DNA of 64,000 bases, taken from NCBI GenBank assembly GCA_000004695.1, contig CM000150.2, positions 224,001 to 288,000 on the forward strand, written 5' to 3'. This stretch comes from Dictyostelium discoideum (taxonomy: Eukaryota). A model generated the notes under the pieces. That model was not told where the DNA came from. It did no database searches and saw only the letters and a program-made list of their open reading frames with translations. The translations under genes were made by a program, and so were the position numbers. This document shows positions 47,374 to 59,494 of the stretch, in pieces. How positions within the stretch are numbered: the first letter of the stretch is position 1; each line of letters opens with the position of its first letter.

Positions 47374-48197
47374 TTAATGTTTTGAAGAAGTTGATAAAAA
47401 TGAGGTTAAACCAGCACCTAAAGAAATTGAGATGATATAATTATAAACTAATGGAACATTTTTGAAAATGATGAATGAAAAGATTGAAACGCAAATTAAG
47501 AAAACAGCATTATTATACATGATGGATGCTGCGATAGCTTCGTGTGAAGTGACGAGGGCTTGAACTTCTTTTTGTGCTGCTGCGAATTTCTTTTTATCAC
47601 CAACTTTATTCTTTGATGCAATTGAGATATGTTCTCTGCTGGCTGATAATCTATTTATTTATTTATTTATTTATTATTATTATTATTATTAAATTTAGTT
47701 AATAATTTGTAATGGATGAAAATTAACAAAATTAAAATTAAAATTAAAAAAAAAAAAAACTTACTTTAATCTCTTCATTCTGTAAATGTTATTGTAGGCA
47801 AAAGTGAGAACAATTGCGGCGAAAAGGGTAACTGAACCATAAATAATCATATGATCATCAATTGACATGAAAAAGATGGCATGATATAAATCTATATATT
47901 TGAATTATTAAAAATGTTAGTTTTTAATTCTTTATTTTCATCATTATTTTCTTTTTTTTTTTATTTATATTTGTAAAAAAAAAAAAAGAAAACAGTGTAA
48001 TTAAACACCAACAAAGTTTTTATTTTTTTTTTTTTTATTTTTTTTTTTTTATAAAAAAAAATAAAGAAATATTAAATTGATTACTTACAAACTGGGACTA
48101 AAGCTACAATTAAAGAGTTGATGAAATAAACAATACGTTGTTCAATTGAAACGTCATTTTCGTGACGGAAAGCTGAGAATTCATCTACTTCGGCCAT
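47374..48197 (-). CDS. ssr3: Translocon-associated protein subunit gamma (TRAP-gamma / SSR3); complement(join(47374..47650,47765..47891,48089..48197)), 170 aa
   Basis: The spliced product is MAEVDEFSAFRHENDVSIEQRIVYFINSLIVALVPVYLYHAIFFMSIDDHMIIYGSVTLFAAIVLTFAYNNIYRMKRLKKLSASREHISIASKNKVGDKKKFAAAQKEV...ASIMYNNAVFLICVSIFSFIIFKNVPLVYNYIISISLGAGLTSFLSTSSKH. It aligns along its length with human SSR3 ([49 protein letters not shown] ... [50 protein letters not shown]). Both introns are GTAAGT..TAG. The gene is absent from the ORF track. Confidence 0.8.
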
Positions 48198-48281
48198 TTT
48201 GTTATTAAATGTTTATAAAAATATAATAATATGGGTAATAAAAAAATGAAAAATTAATTTTAAAAATTTGTGATCATGCTG

Positions 48282-48326
<45 letters not shown>

Positions 48327-48778
48327 AAATTTTTTATTTTTTTGAACAAAAAAAAAAGTCACACATACTCTTTTTTTAAAAAAAGTCATAACATTGTCAA
48401 ACCCCTTTTTTTTTTAAAAAAAAAAAAAAAAAAAAATTTAAAAAATTTTAAAAGGTTTATTATTTTTTTTTTTTTTTTACCATTTCAATAGTTATAATTA
48501 CAAAATTAAGATAAATTAAAAAGTTTGGTATGTACGATTTATCCTTTTTAATAGCTATTTTTTTTTTTTTTTTTTTTTTAATAAATTTATTTTTTTAATT
48601 TTTTTTTTTTTGGAACTTTCAACTAATTTCCCTCCTTTTTTTTTTTTTTTTTTATTTTTCGGAATTATTACTTTTTTTTTTTGTTTTTTTATTTTTATTT
48701 TTATTTTTATTTTTATTTTTTTTATTTTATAAATTTCTAACAAACAATTCACACACACACACACACACCATAATAAAT
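48198..48778. promoter_or_regulatory. Divergent promoter region between ssr3 (- strand) and the DnaJ gene (+ strand), with a (CA)9 microsatellite immediately 5' of the DnaJ ATG
   Basis: The two start codons are 581 bp apart and the genes are head-to-head. ACACACACACACACACACC lies at 48752-48770, nine bp before the ATG at 48779. Confidence 0.4.
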
Positions 48779-49967
48779 ATGTCAACTAAAAAATCAAAAA
48801 CTACAACTACTACAACTACTTCAACACCATCAATTGAAAAACCAACAGAAGCACCATCAAAAAAGAAACCATCAGCAACAACTAAAAAATCTAAAACCAC
48901 CACAAATGAAAAGCAACCAATAGAATCAATATGTTTTTACAAAGTATTAGGTGTTGAAAAGACAGCAACTGATTCAGAATTAAAAAAAGCATACTATAAA
49001 AAAGCAAGAGAAGTACATCCAGATAAAAACAATGGTCCAGAGGCAAAAGAAGAATTTCAAAAACTTGGAAGAATTTATTCAATTTTAAAAGAACCATCAT
49101 CTAGAAAATTTTATGATAAACATGGTGATGTTGAAGAGTATTTATTTCATTTTTTATAATTAAATTTATTATTATTATATTATCATCACTAACTTTGAAT
49201 TTAAAAAATATATATATATATATAAATAATAAAATAGTACTGGTTTAGGTGGATTAAAAGGTGAAGATTTATATAATGCATGGATGGAACAATATAATAT
49301 TGTTAGAGTTAGTGAAGAGAGAATAAAAGAATTCTTTAAACAACAAGATATGCAAAAGAAATCAAGTGGTAAACAAGTTAGTAAAGATGAAGAAGATGAT
49401 TTAATAGATTTTTATAATAGACAAAGAGGTGATATGAAAAAGTATGTTGTTTCTTTTTTTTTTTCTCTCTTTTTTTCTATTTATAGAATTTCTTTTTTTA
49501 ACACAAAATTTTTTTTTTTTTTTTTTTAATGATCATTAAAAATTTAAAGTATTAAAGAATATGTTATTGGATGTGAAAATAAAAAAGATGTTGAAAGAAT
49601 GTGTGATCATATTAAATTTTTAATTTCAAAGAAAAAAGTTAAAAGTTATCCAATATTCTTTACAAGTGGATCATTTTCATCTAAAAAATCAATTGACGAA
49701 GCAATGGTTGATCAAGCTGATGAAAAACCTGAAGAAGGTGAAGGTGAAGAAATTGTTGAAGAAGATGAAGATGATGAAGATGAAAGTGAAGAAGATGACG
49801 ATAGTGAAGAAGAGGAAGAGGAGGAGGAGGAAGAAGAAGAGGAACCAGTAAAAGTTTTACCAAAGAAAAGAGTTATTACAAAAAAAGTTGTAAAAACACC
49901 AATTTTAAAAAAACAGAAACCAACAATTATTAAAAAAACTGCAAAGAAAACTGCATCAAAAAAATAA
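48779..49967 (+). CDS. DnaJ (J-domain) protein, DNAJC9-like (J domain followed by acidic and basic C-terminal regions); join(48779..49137,49238..49441,49550..49967)
   Basis: The J domain is FYKVLGVEKTATDSELKKAYYKKAREVHPDKNNGPEAKEEFQKLGRIYSILKEPSSRKFYDKHGDVE, with the HPD tripeptide. The introns are GTATTT..ATAG (phase 2) and GTATGT..AAAG (phase 2), and the frames are verified. The C-terminus has an E/D-rich block followed by a K-rich tail, as in DNAJC9. Confidence 0.7.
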
Positions 49968-50123
49968 AATTAATAAACATTGATTTTTTTTAAATATATA
50001 ATAGTAGCACACTGTTAATTTTTATTTATTTAAAAATTTTTTTTTTCTTTTTTTTCTTATAAATTTTTAATTTCTTCTTTTCTTTTTCTTTATTATATCC
50101 ATTACTTTTTTTTTTTTTATAAT

Positions 50124-51255
50124 TTATTTTTTTGATAATTTAATCATTTCTAATTCAGCTTCAGATTGTTTACCAGCTAAAATGTTTGGATATTTTTCAA
50201 GATTTTGAGGATTATTGAATGGTTCTAAGAGGGTAAGATTTTTATCAGAAGCAACATGACCAAAGAGAGTTGAAGAGATACGCCATAATGATTTACCTTC
50301 ATCTTTTGATTTTTCCATAACTTTTAAGGTATCTTCAGTGACTACGACTTCATGGAAACCTGCTAAAATATCACCACCAGTGATCCATTCTAATTGTTTA
50401 CCAGCTTGTAAGAGTAAACAACCATTTGGAACTTTAACTGGAACACGAGTACCATCACGAAGCCAAATGTATAAACCTGGATAACGACTCTTACCGTGAA
50501 TAGTCAATAAATTGAAATCGTAGTGGAAACCTGCGAAAATTTGATCCAAATTACCAAATCTCTTTAAATCAGAACCGGTTGGTGCTAATAAATGTGGGCC
50601 GTTCTTCATCAAGTTGGTGATTGAATCCTTTGGTAAATTATAACCAGTGGCAATCATCTCAGAGACGGTCTCAATTGATGACAACATTAATGAACCCCAT
50701 GAGTCCATAACATTTTGCCATTCCGGGAATGCTTTTGGAATGACTGGGGCACAATTTAATTCTGGAAATTTAGTATCCTCTGGACGATCACCAATTCTCC
50801 AAAAGAATCTCCATTTTGGATCGGCTCCTTTTGGTGCATGTGCTGCATATTGTGGTAATAATTTAGTGATAACTTCACTATGATCTCTTGGTTCCTCTGT
50901 AAATTCTGGTGTGGCTCCTAATTGATAACTCCATTCTGGATGAACATCTTTCATTAATTCCTCAGTTGGTTGTTCATAATATTTTTCCATCATATCTAAA
51001 AATCTAATTTTAAAATAAATAATAAATAATATTAATATTTTTTTTTTTTTTTTTTTTATTTTTTATTAATAAATTTTTTTAAAAAATAATTACAAACCTT
51101 GAATTATCTTCCTCATTGACTTTTGGATGTTTAATAACTAAACAAGATGTTTCTTGTAAAGTTTTAACTAATTTTTTACAATCTTCCAATGCTTCAGCAC
51201 TGGTTGGATCAGCAAGAAATCTAGAAACATCAATGACGACTGGACCACTTTCCAT
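50124..51255 (-). CDS. 2-oxoglutarate/Fe(II)-dependent oxygenase superfamily protein (isopenicillin-N-synthase-like); complement(join(50124..51003,51098..51255))
   Basis: Exon 1 is MESGPVVIDVSRFLADPTSAEALEDCKKLVKTLQETSCLVIKHPKVNEEDNS, a DIOX_N-like N-terminus, with donor GTTTGT. Acceptor TTAG precedes exon 2, which begins R-FLDMMEKYYEQP. A later HYDFNLLTIHG...H region fits the HxD...H iron-binding facial triad. The stop is at 50124-50126. Confidence 0.6.
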
Positions 51256-51777
51256 CTTTATTTTTATATATTTGCGTTGTTGTAATATTAGCTAAAGAGC
51301 TGTTTAAAATAAAAAAAAAAAAAAAAAATTAAAAAATTAAAAAAAAATAAAAAATAAAAAAAAAAATAAAAAAAAATAAAAAATAAAAAAAAAACTTTTA
51401 AAAAAACGAAAGCAAAAAAGAAAATCTAAAGCTCCATTTAGAATTTTCAAACATTATTCAAAAACACGTGTAACATTTTACTTTCCATTAATTTGATTTA
51501 AATTGATGATGATACTCAATTTTTTTTTTAAATTTTGGCTAAAATCAATATTCTAAAAAATATCTTTCTATTATTAATTTTTTTTTTTTTAACAAAAAAA
51601 AAAAAAAAAAAAAAAAAATAATAATAATAAAAATAAAAAATATTGGATTTTATTAAAAAAAAAAAAAAAAAAAAAAAAAAGAATTTTTATTATTATTATT
51701 TCAAATAATACAAAAAAAATTAATTTTTGTTATTGTTGGAAATAAAATAAAAAAAAAAAATCTTTTATTTGCAGATC

Positions 51778-51818
<41 letters not shown>

Positions 51819-52183
51819 GAATTTTTTTTTTTATTTTTCTTTAAAAATGATACCACAACAAACAAGAGATTAATCTCATTGTAGTTTTTTTTTTTTTTGT
51901 TTGTTGTATATGTTTTTATTTGTAATAGTAGAAATATTAATACTTATAAATTTACATAATCAAAAATTAAATATCTCTTTTAAATTTATCTTTAAAGTTT
52001 GTTATTGATAAATAAAGGCAGAGATGAACATTTTTATTTTTTAACCAAAATAAAAACCAGAAAAAAAAAAAAATTATAATTAAAATAAAAAAATAAAAAT
52101 AAAAAAAAATAAAAATAAATGGAGATAAAAAAAATATAACATTATTGTTTTTATGATATAGATATATCATACAATATTATTTT

Positions 52184-52214
<31 letters not shown>

Positions 52215-52694
52215 TTTTTTATTTTTTATTTTTTATTTTTTTTTTTAAATATCTAGATATTTTTATTTCTTTTTTTTTGAATTTTATTTTTTTTCTTTTT
52301 TTATTTTCTTGTTTATATGTTTTTGTTTTAATTATTTTATTTTATTTTTTTTAATTTAATTTTTTTTTATTTTCTTTATTTTTATTTTTTTTTTTTAAGC
52401 AATATATGTTAACAAACAGAAATAGAAATAAACAATTTATAATTTTTTTTTGGTTTTAGTGATGTGTGCCCCAAATTTTTACGTTTTTCTTATAAAAATG
52501 AGGTGTGGTGGTTAGAAATTTGAGATGATTTTTTTTTTTTGTAAATTTTTTTTTTTTTTTTTTTTTTTTTCTCAATTTTTTTTTTTTTTCTTTTCTTTTC
52601 TTTAATATTCTTTTTTTTTTTTTTTAATTTTTTTTTTTTTTATTACTTTCTTCTTTTAATTGATATTTATTATCACTAAATCTAAATTTGAAAA

Positions 52695-53327
52695 ATGGGT
52701 GTAGAAGATCAACCACAAACTCAACCACAAACTCAACCACAACAACAACCACAAATGGGATATCAACCACAAATGGGATACCAACCACAAGCACAAATGG
52801 GATACCAACCACAAGCAGCACCAATGGGTTACCCACAACAACCAATTTATCAACAACAACCACAAATGGGATATCAACCACCAATGGGATATCAACCACA
52901 AGTTGGATACCAACAACAACCACCACAACCAGTTTACCAAACTTATTGTCATGATGATCATCAACCATTACTTCATGCAAATGTAGTTGTTACAACAACT
53001 CAACCAACCGTTATTCGTAAATCAAATTCAAATGAAGAGACAGCAGCTGTTATTGTTTTCATTATTGGTTTCTTCTTTTCAATCGTTTGGCTCGGTGGTT
53101 TCTTCTTTATTAAATCAAAATCAAAGACTGCTCGTACATTTGGTATCCTTTCAGTTGTTTTCTTCTTCCTTGTCCTTGTAATTGTTGTTATTGTTGTATC
53201 TGTAACTGTGACCGCTGCCGAGAAAATAGCAGAGGAAAATAAAGACTACTATTATTCGACATCGACTGGTTATTACTCAACCACTGGTTATTATTCTACC
53301 ACCACAAGTTACACAACTTACTATTAA
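52695..53327 (+). CDS. Small membrane protein: Pro/Gln-rich N-terminus with (MGYQPQ)n repeats, two closely spaced TM helices, Tyr/Ser/Thr-rich tail (CD225/dispanin- or PRRT-like topology)
   Basis: The ATG is at 52695. The repeats are MGYQPQMGYQPQAQMGYQPQ. Two hydrophobic segments, AAVIVFIIGFFFSIVWLGGFFFI and FGILSVVFFFLVLVIVVIVVSV, are separated by KSKSKTAR. The stop is at 53325-53327. Confidence 0.55.
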   Translation: MGVEDQPQTQPQTQPQQQPQMGYQPQMGYQPQAQMGYQPQAAPMGYPQQPIYQQQPQMGYQPPMGYQPQVGYQQQPPQPVYQTYCHDDHQPLLHANVVVTTTQPTVIRKSNSNEETAAVIVFIIGFFFSIVWLGGFFFIKSKSKTARTFGILSVVFFFLVLVIVVIVVSVTVTAAEKIAEENKDYYYSTSTGYYSTTGYYSTTTSYTTYY

Positions 53328-53488
53328 TAATAAAATTCAATAACTTGTTACCATAAACTCTTTTTTTTTTTTTTTTTAATTATCAATTAATGATTAATAA
53401 TAATAATAAAAAAAAAAAAAACAAAAAGAGTTCACTATTAAAATGTACTTTTAACAAAATATATACCTTTTTATTTTTTATTTGTTTA

Positions 53489-53562
53489 TTATTATTTCAA
53501 GAACGCCAATACCGATTTTTTTTTATTTATTATTATTTCAAGAACGCCAATACCAATTTTTT
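53489..53562. repeat. Tandem direct repeat (2 x ~36 bp: TTATTATTATTTCAAGAACGCCAATACC(G/A)ATTTTTTT) in the 3' intergenic region between convergent genes
   Basis: Two near-identical copies are directly visible. Each contains an unusually GC-rich core, GAACGCCAATACC. Confidence 0.5.
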
Positions 53563-53654
53563 TTTTTTAAAAAATAATATGATAATATATATGTATATAG
53601 TATTTTAATTTTTTTTTTTTTTTTATTTATTTTTTTATTTATTTATTGAAAAAT

Positions 53655-54789
53655 TTACATATTGGCATCTTCTAAAGATTGTTTAGCATAAGCTTCAGCT
53701 TCATCGTGTAATTCTTTTGGAACGATTTGGTGAACATTGTTTGTTTCTGTTGAAATCCAACCTAATTCTAATTCAAAATCTTTATCTTTAACTTCATCAT
53801 GAACAGAGTAAATACTATAAAAAAAAAAAAAAAAAAAAAAAAAATAATAATAATAAAAATAATTAAATTAGTAATTTGAAATCATAAAATAAAATCAAAA
53901 AAATATTATAATAATTATTAAAACTATTATAATTATTAATTATTATTTACATTCTTGAAACTTCTTTAATTGCTTCACGACAAGTCATTTCTGAAAATTT
54001 AATCTTTTCTAATTCATTCTTTGCAGCTTGTTTACCTTTACCAAGTGAAGCACCGAAATAACCAACACAAGAACCAGATGGTTCAACTAAAAAGAGTTGT
54101 GGACCATATTGATCAATACCAGTGATTGCAATTGAACAACCAAATGGTCTAACACTACCATATAATGTATGCATATGATTGTATGATGCAATTCTTTGTG
54201 ATAATACTTTAATTGGAATTGGTTGACCATAGGTTGATTTATAATTTTTTGCTTCACTTCTAGCACGTGTAATCAATTGTCTTGCATCTGCTAAAAATCC
54301 TGCAATTGCCTAAAATTTAACCATCATTATCAAATTATCAATGATTATTATTTTATTGAATTATCATTTATTTGAGTTTTTAATAAATAAAAAAATACAT
54401 ATATATATTAGTATACATTTTTGTTTTTATTTATTTATTTTTAAAAAAAAAATTATACTTACAACACCAACATGAGTGTCAATATGATGAACTCTACGAT
54501 TTGAACCTGAACATAACATTTTTGATGGGACTAATTTCTCAACACCTAAAACAACACCATCTTTTGCTTTAATTGCGACGAGTGTACCACTATTTTCAAC
54601 GGCTTTATTTGCATAATCTACTTGAAATAATTTACCATCTGGTGAATATGTTGATACATATAAATCATACTTTTTTTTTTTTTTTAATTGGTTAATAATT
54701 TTATCTTTTGATTTTTCATTTCCTTTTTTTTATTATTGTTATTATTATTATTTTTGTTTTATACCTACACCTGATCCTACACTAGACAT
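53655..54789 (-). CDS. psmA3: Proteasome subunit alpha type-3 (PSMA3 orthologue); complement(join(53655..53814,53951..54309,54463..54669,54769..54789)), 248 aa
   Basis: The spliced product is MSSVGSG|[47 protein letters not shown]...HIDTHVGV|[59 protein letters not shown]...EVSR|[22 protein letters not shown]... It aligns almost residue-for-residue with human PSMA3 ([54 protein letters not shown]...[22 protein letters not shown]). Exon 1 is 21 nt with donor GTAGGT. The other donors are GTAAGT/GTAAAT. Confidence 0.85.
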
Positions 54790-55414
54790 TTTATATTGTT
54801 ATATATAAATATTTATGAAAAAAAAAAAAAAAATAAAATAATAGGAAAATATATTAAAAATAAAAAAAAAAAAAAAAAAAAAAAAAATGAAATTTGTTGT
54901 TCACAAAAAAAAAATTAAAAAAATTTAAAAAAAAAAAATTAAAAAAAAAAATAAAAAAAAAATAAAAATAAAAATTAATTTAATGGAGTGTGATGATCAA
55001 TTTTTTAATTTAATTGAGTGAAATTATCACTTTTATTTTTTTTTATTTTTTTATTTTTTTTTTAATTTAAATAATTGAGATTAAAAAAAAGGATAATTTG
55101 AAATACGTTTTAATAGTTCCTAAATTATCTGTATCTTCCAAATTAAACAAATAAATAAATAAAAAATAAATAATTATCCACTAAATAACATTTCCATTTT
55201 ATTATTAAAAAAAAAAAAAAAAAAATTTGAATATTGAATTTGTCAATATAAAAAAAAAAAAATAATAACCCTTTAAACTAACAAAAACGATATCTCAAAG
55301 AAATCCTGATTTATTTTTGGTCTAATAATATCTTTTTTTTTTTTTTTTTTTTTTTTTATTTTGTGTATTTGATCCATTGTTTATCTTGGCACTTAAATAA
55401 AAATTAAATATATG

Positions 55415-55470
<56 letters not shown>

Positions 55471-55559
55471 ATTATTTGACCCATAAATATAGGGTAGATA
55501 TAGATAATTTCGAAAACTACAATTATAATATTAATTTTATTAGGATAAAAGTAATAAGT

Positions 55560-55599
<40 letters not shown>

Positions 55600-55608
<9 letters not shown>

Positions 55609-56611
55609 ATAAAAAATGATTAAAATTAAATTTGAGATTAATAAATAAATATTTAAAGATAATTTGAAAGAATTATTGATATTTTCAATTCCAGGATAAT
55701 TTGGATAAGAAGAATTTGGTGGAGCAGAAAAACCAGAGTCTTGACAAGGATAGAAATAGAGTGGACAAGTGAATTGGATATTACCAATTTTAACGGATTT
55801 ACCATCAGTATCACAAGTGACCCAAACAGTATTAACTTGAACTTGAAGATTTTGACCATCACAACGTGTTGGCCAACATACCATATTACTATTTGAGGTA
55901 GTTGTATCTGTGTATTCGAAACATCTACTATCTTCACCATACTTTTCAGAGATTTGAGTATTGGCCGATGCTTGGTTCGAAGCATCTACACAATATTGAT
56001 TGGATGGAATATCATAGAATGGGCAACCATCAGCAATGATGTCACCATAGGTATGAGAATCATTAAAGTGTCGATAGGCAACCAATATATCGGATGATGA
56101 TATCTTTACATTGCATACACCTTTACCAACACGAGTTGGACTGCAATATCTTTTTGAGGAATCTTGACAAAAGTAACCTGGTAAATTCCAACTCTTTTCA
56201 TTACAATCATCTAACCAATCACAACCTAATCCTTTACCCCACATCAATGGTTCAGCCAATGATGAATTAATATCAAACCAACCACTATCTTGTAATAATG
56301 CCAATGTTAAATTAGTAATTGGAAAAACTGGTGAAACATAACCCAACATATACTCTTCACCAGCTGTTCTTTTCTCCCAATGACTACCAACAGTTCCAGC
56401 TGCACCATAATCTTCCAATAATTCAAAAATTGATCCATTTCTTCGACAATTATAATGTGATTCTACAAAACTTTTAACTGCTGGTGTATTAACTGCTGGT
56501 CTTTCATAAATCCATGTTGCACCTTTTGGTGTTGTACCTGATGTTGTTTGATTTGCTCCTGGTTCAGCTATTTTTTTTTTTAAAAAAAAATAAAATAATA
56601 ATTAATATATG

Positions 56612-56642
<31 letters not shown>

Positions 56643-57837
56643 AAAAATAATTTTAAAACTTACTTCCAGTATAATAATAACCATTACCATTATATCTATT
56701 TTTAAAAGTTTTAAAGAAAGTATTTGAAAAACCTAAACCATGAGTCATTTCATGAATACCAACACGAATATATTCATTAAAAATAAAATCACTTGGTGGT
56801 GTTGATGAAACAAATGGTAAAAAATATTTTGGTGCAAAATTAATTGTTGCTGCTAATGGTCTTTCTCCCCAATTAAATACACATGGTGATGAATAAGCAA
56901 TCGTTGCTTATTATTATTAATTATTATTATTAATTATTATTATTATTATTTTAAAAAATAATTTTAGTATATTTATTATTTTTTTATTTATTTTATTTTA
57001 TTTTATTATTTTTTTTTACTTACAAGAAGCTCTAATTGGTCTTGAAGTTACAAAAACAACCATATCAGCATTTGGAATACCAGTATTAATATATGTATTA
57101 TTAATTACATATCTAAAATCACAAGTTGGACCTCTATCATGATTTAATTTTAAATTTGTAGTATATCTATCAACCAAGATCATTTCACCAAGAATATCTT
57201 GAATACTTGTGATAATATCTTTACTAATTAAATTGGCAACTTTATCACCAAGTAAATCATTTGCAGTGCAAGTGTAATTACATGGATAATAAGCACCTGA
57301 TGATACACATGCTGGTGCTACATATGAGGTTGGTGCAGCTCCAAGTAAAATAGTTTGACCAACATAATAACATGCACCTGTATCTTTTTGATTGTAAAGA
57401 TATGTTGTATCAAAATAAAATCTTAATGGTTTTCTTGGAGTTGCTGAACTTGCTTTTAATCGATAATTTGTATCCAAAAGTTTCATTCTCTCTGCATGTA
57501 AAAAATCATTTACCTCTTTATCAGTTGGTGGAACAATGATATTCTCTGCAACTTGATCATGAATACAATCATATCCTGGTAAATGTTGATGTCCATCCTT
57601 TATTATAAATCCATTCTCATCAATTCCATCAATAATTTTTGGTTGTTTTTCATTGATTGCTAATTTTTTAAAACCTTGAAAAAATCCATTATTATTATCA
57701 TTATTGGTTGATGAAAATTCCCTTTCAATCATCTGTTTATACCTATTGTTAATTATTTTCTTTAGTGATTTACCATCACTTTTGGATATTAATGATATAA
57801 TAAAAAATATCAAAAATATTTTAAAAATTGATTTCAT
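55600..57837 (-). CDS. Leishmanolysin-like zinc metallopeptidase (GP63, MEROPS M8 family), secreted/GPI-anchored; complement(join(55600..56567,56664..56906,57024..57837)), ~674 aa
   Basis: The N-terminal signal peptide is MKSIFKIFLIFFIISLISKS. Exon 2 carries the zinc-binding HEMTHGLGF (HExxH) and a downstream conserved His region. The Cys-rich C-terminal domain ends in a hydrophobic tail (LSLNIYLLISNLILIIFYLI), compatible with a GPI signal. Both introns are GTAAGT..(T/A)AG with phases verified (phase 1). Confidence 0.75.
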
Positions 57838-59370
57838 TTTATTTATTTATTTTTGATTAAAAAAAAAAAAAAAAAAACTATTAAAAAAAAAAAAAAAAAA
57901 AAAAAAATATTTTGTGATTGGAAAAAAAAAAAAAAAAGCAGGAGCGTATTTTATGAGAAAAATAAATATTAATTAAAAAAAAATATTTTTTTTGTGTAAG
58001 TGATTGTGATTAAAAAAAAAAAAATATATGAAAATAAAAAAAAAAAAAAAAAAAAAAAAAAGTTTTAACTGAAAATTTTTGCGAAAGCTGGTAGGAAGGT
58101 TAAAAAAAGATCATCTGATTTTATAACCCTTGTTTACGTTTCATTTTACTGACTCTAATTATAATTTTATTTTATTTTGTTTTTTTTTCATTTTTTATTT
58201 GATTATAATTATTTTTCTAGATATTTGATAATGTCTATTACAAAAAAAAAAAAAAAAAAAAAAAAAAAACCACACACATCTTCCAAACCTAAACACACCA
58301 CAAAACCCCCAAATTAAATGCAAATATTATGGCAACGAAAAATGATAATTAAAAAAAAAAAAAAGTTTGTTTTCTTTAAAAGTCCCTCATAATATTGATT
58401 GTAAAATTATCAAATCAATTAGAGTTTATTATTATTCACTAAATTCAATAAAATAAATTAATTTTCAAATAAAAAAAAAAAAACATATGTGTAAGCCTTA
58501 CAAATGATTTATATTGAAAGAGAGAAAAAAAATAAAATATTATTCATTTTTAAAGATTATGTGAACTAGTTATGAAACCATTTTTATTTTATATTTTTAT
58601 ACTTTTACTTATTTTACAAATTTACAATTTAAGAGAATGGTTTGAAAATAATAATAAAAGTTTTTTTTTTTTTTTTTTTTATTTAAAAATTAAATTAAAA
58701 AAAGAAAAACATATCCCGGGTGATAAGTTTAATTATTGTTTTTTTATAAAATGTAAATATTAACACACCCCCCCAATTATTTATATTTATTTTAAATTAT
58801 ATTATTTTAATTTTTTTAATTATTTTTTTTTTTTTTTTTTAATTATTTTTATTTTTATTTTTAGAAGGGGGGTTGTGATTAAAATGTATAAATATACATA
58901 GTTAATATATCTTATAGACTCTTTATCATCTACCAATCTTTTTTTTACTTACTTAATCACCACAAAAAAAAAAAACAAAAAAAAAAAAAAAATAAAATAA
59001 AACAAAATTACACCTCTAATCAATTTTTTTTAACTACTCTCTTTTGTGACAGAGATATAAATTTTTTTTTTTTTTTTTTTAATTTATCCTTTTATTTATA
59101 TTAATATAAAAAAGAGAATGAATGTTTTTTTGATTAAGTAGGAAGAAAAGATATTAATGTTATAAAATTTATTTATTTATATATTTTTTTTTTTTATAAT
59201 TTTATTTTATTTATTTATTTATTTATTTTTTTTTTTTAAAAAAGGTTCAGTGTAAATAGTAATTTTATTATTATTTTTTTGTAATTGTTTTTTTTAATTG
59301 GATTTAATTTTTATATAGGGGAATAAATTTTTGTCCCTAATTTAATTTAAATACCAATATATATATATTT

Positions 59371-59416
<46 letters not shown>

Positions 59417-59494
59417 AAAATAAAATAATTATTTATTAGTTAATAAAAATATTTAATAATAATAATAATAATAATTAAAAATATTTAAAATAAA

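Noticed and set aside
54276-54310. Treating ORF 53947..54276 as a stand-alone small protein
   Set aside because: It is an internal exon of the four-exon proteasome alpha-3 gene. The flanking exons (54463..54669, 54769..54789, 53655..53814) restore the N- and C-terminal conserved sequences.
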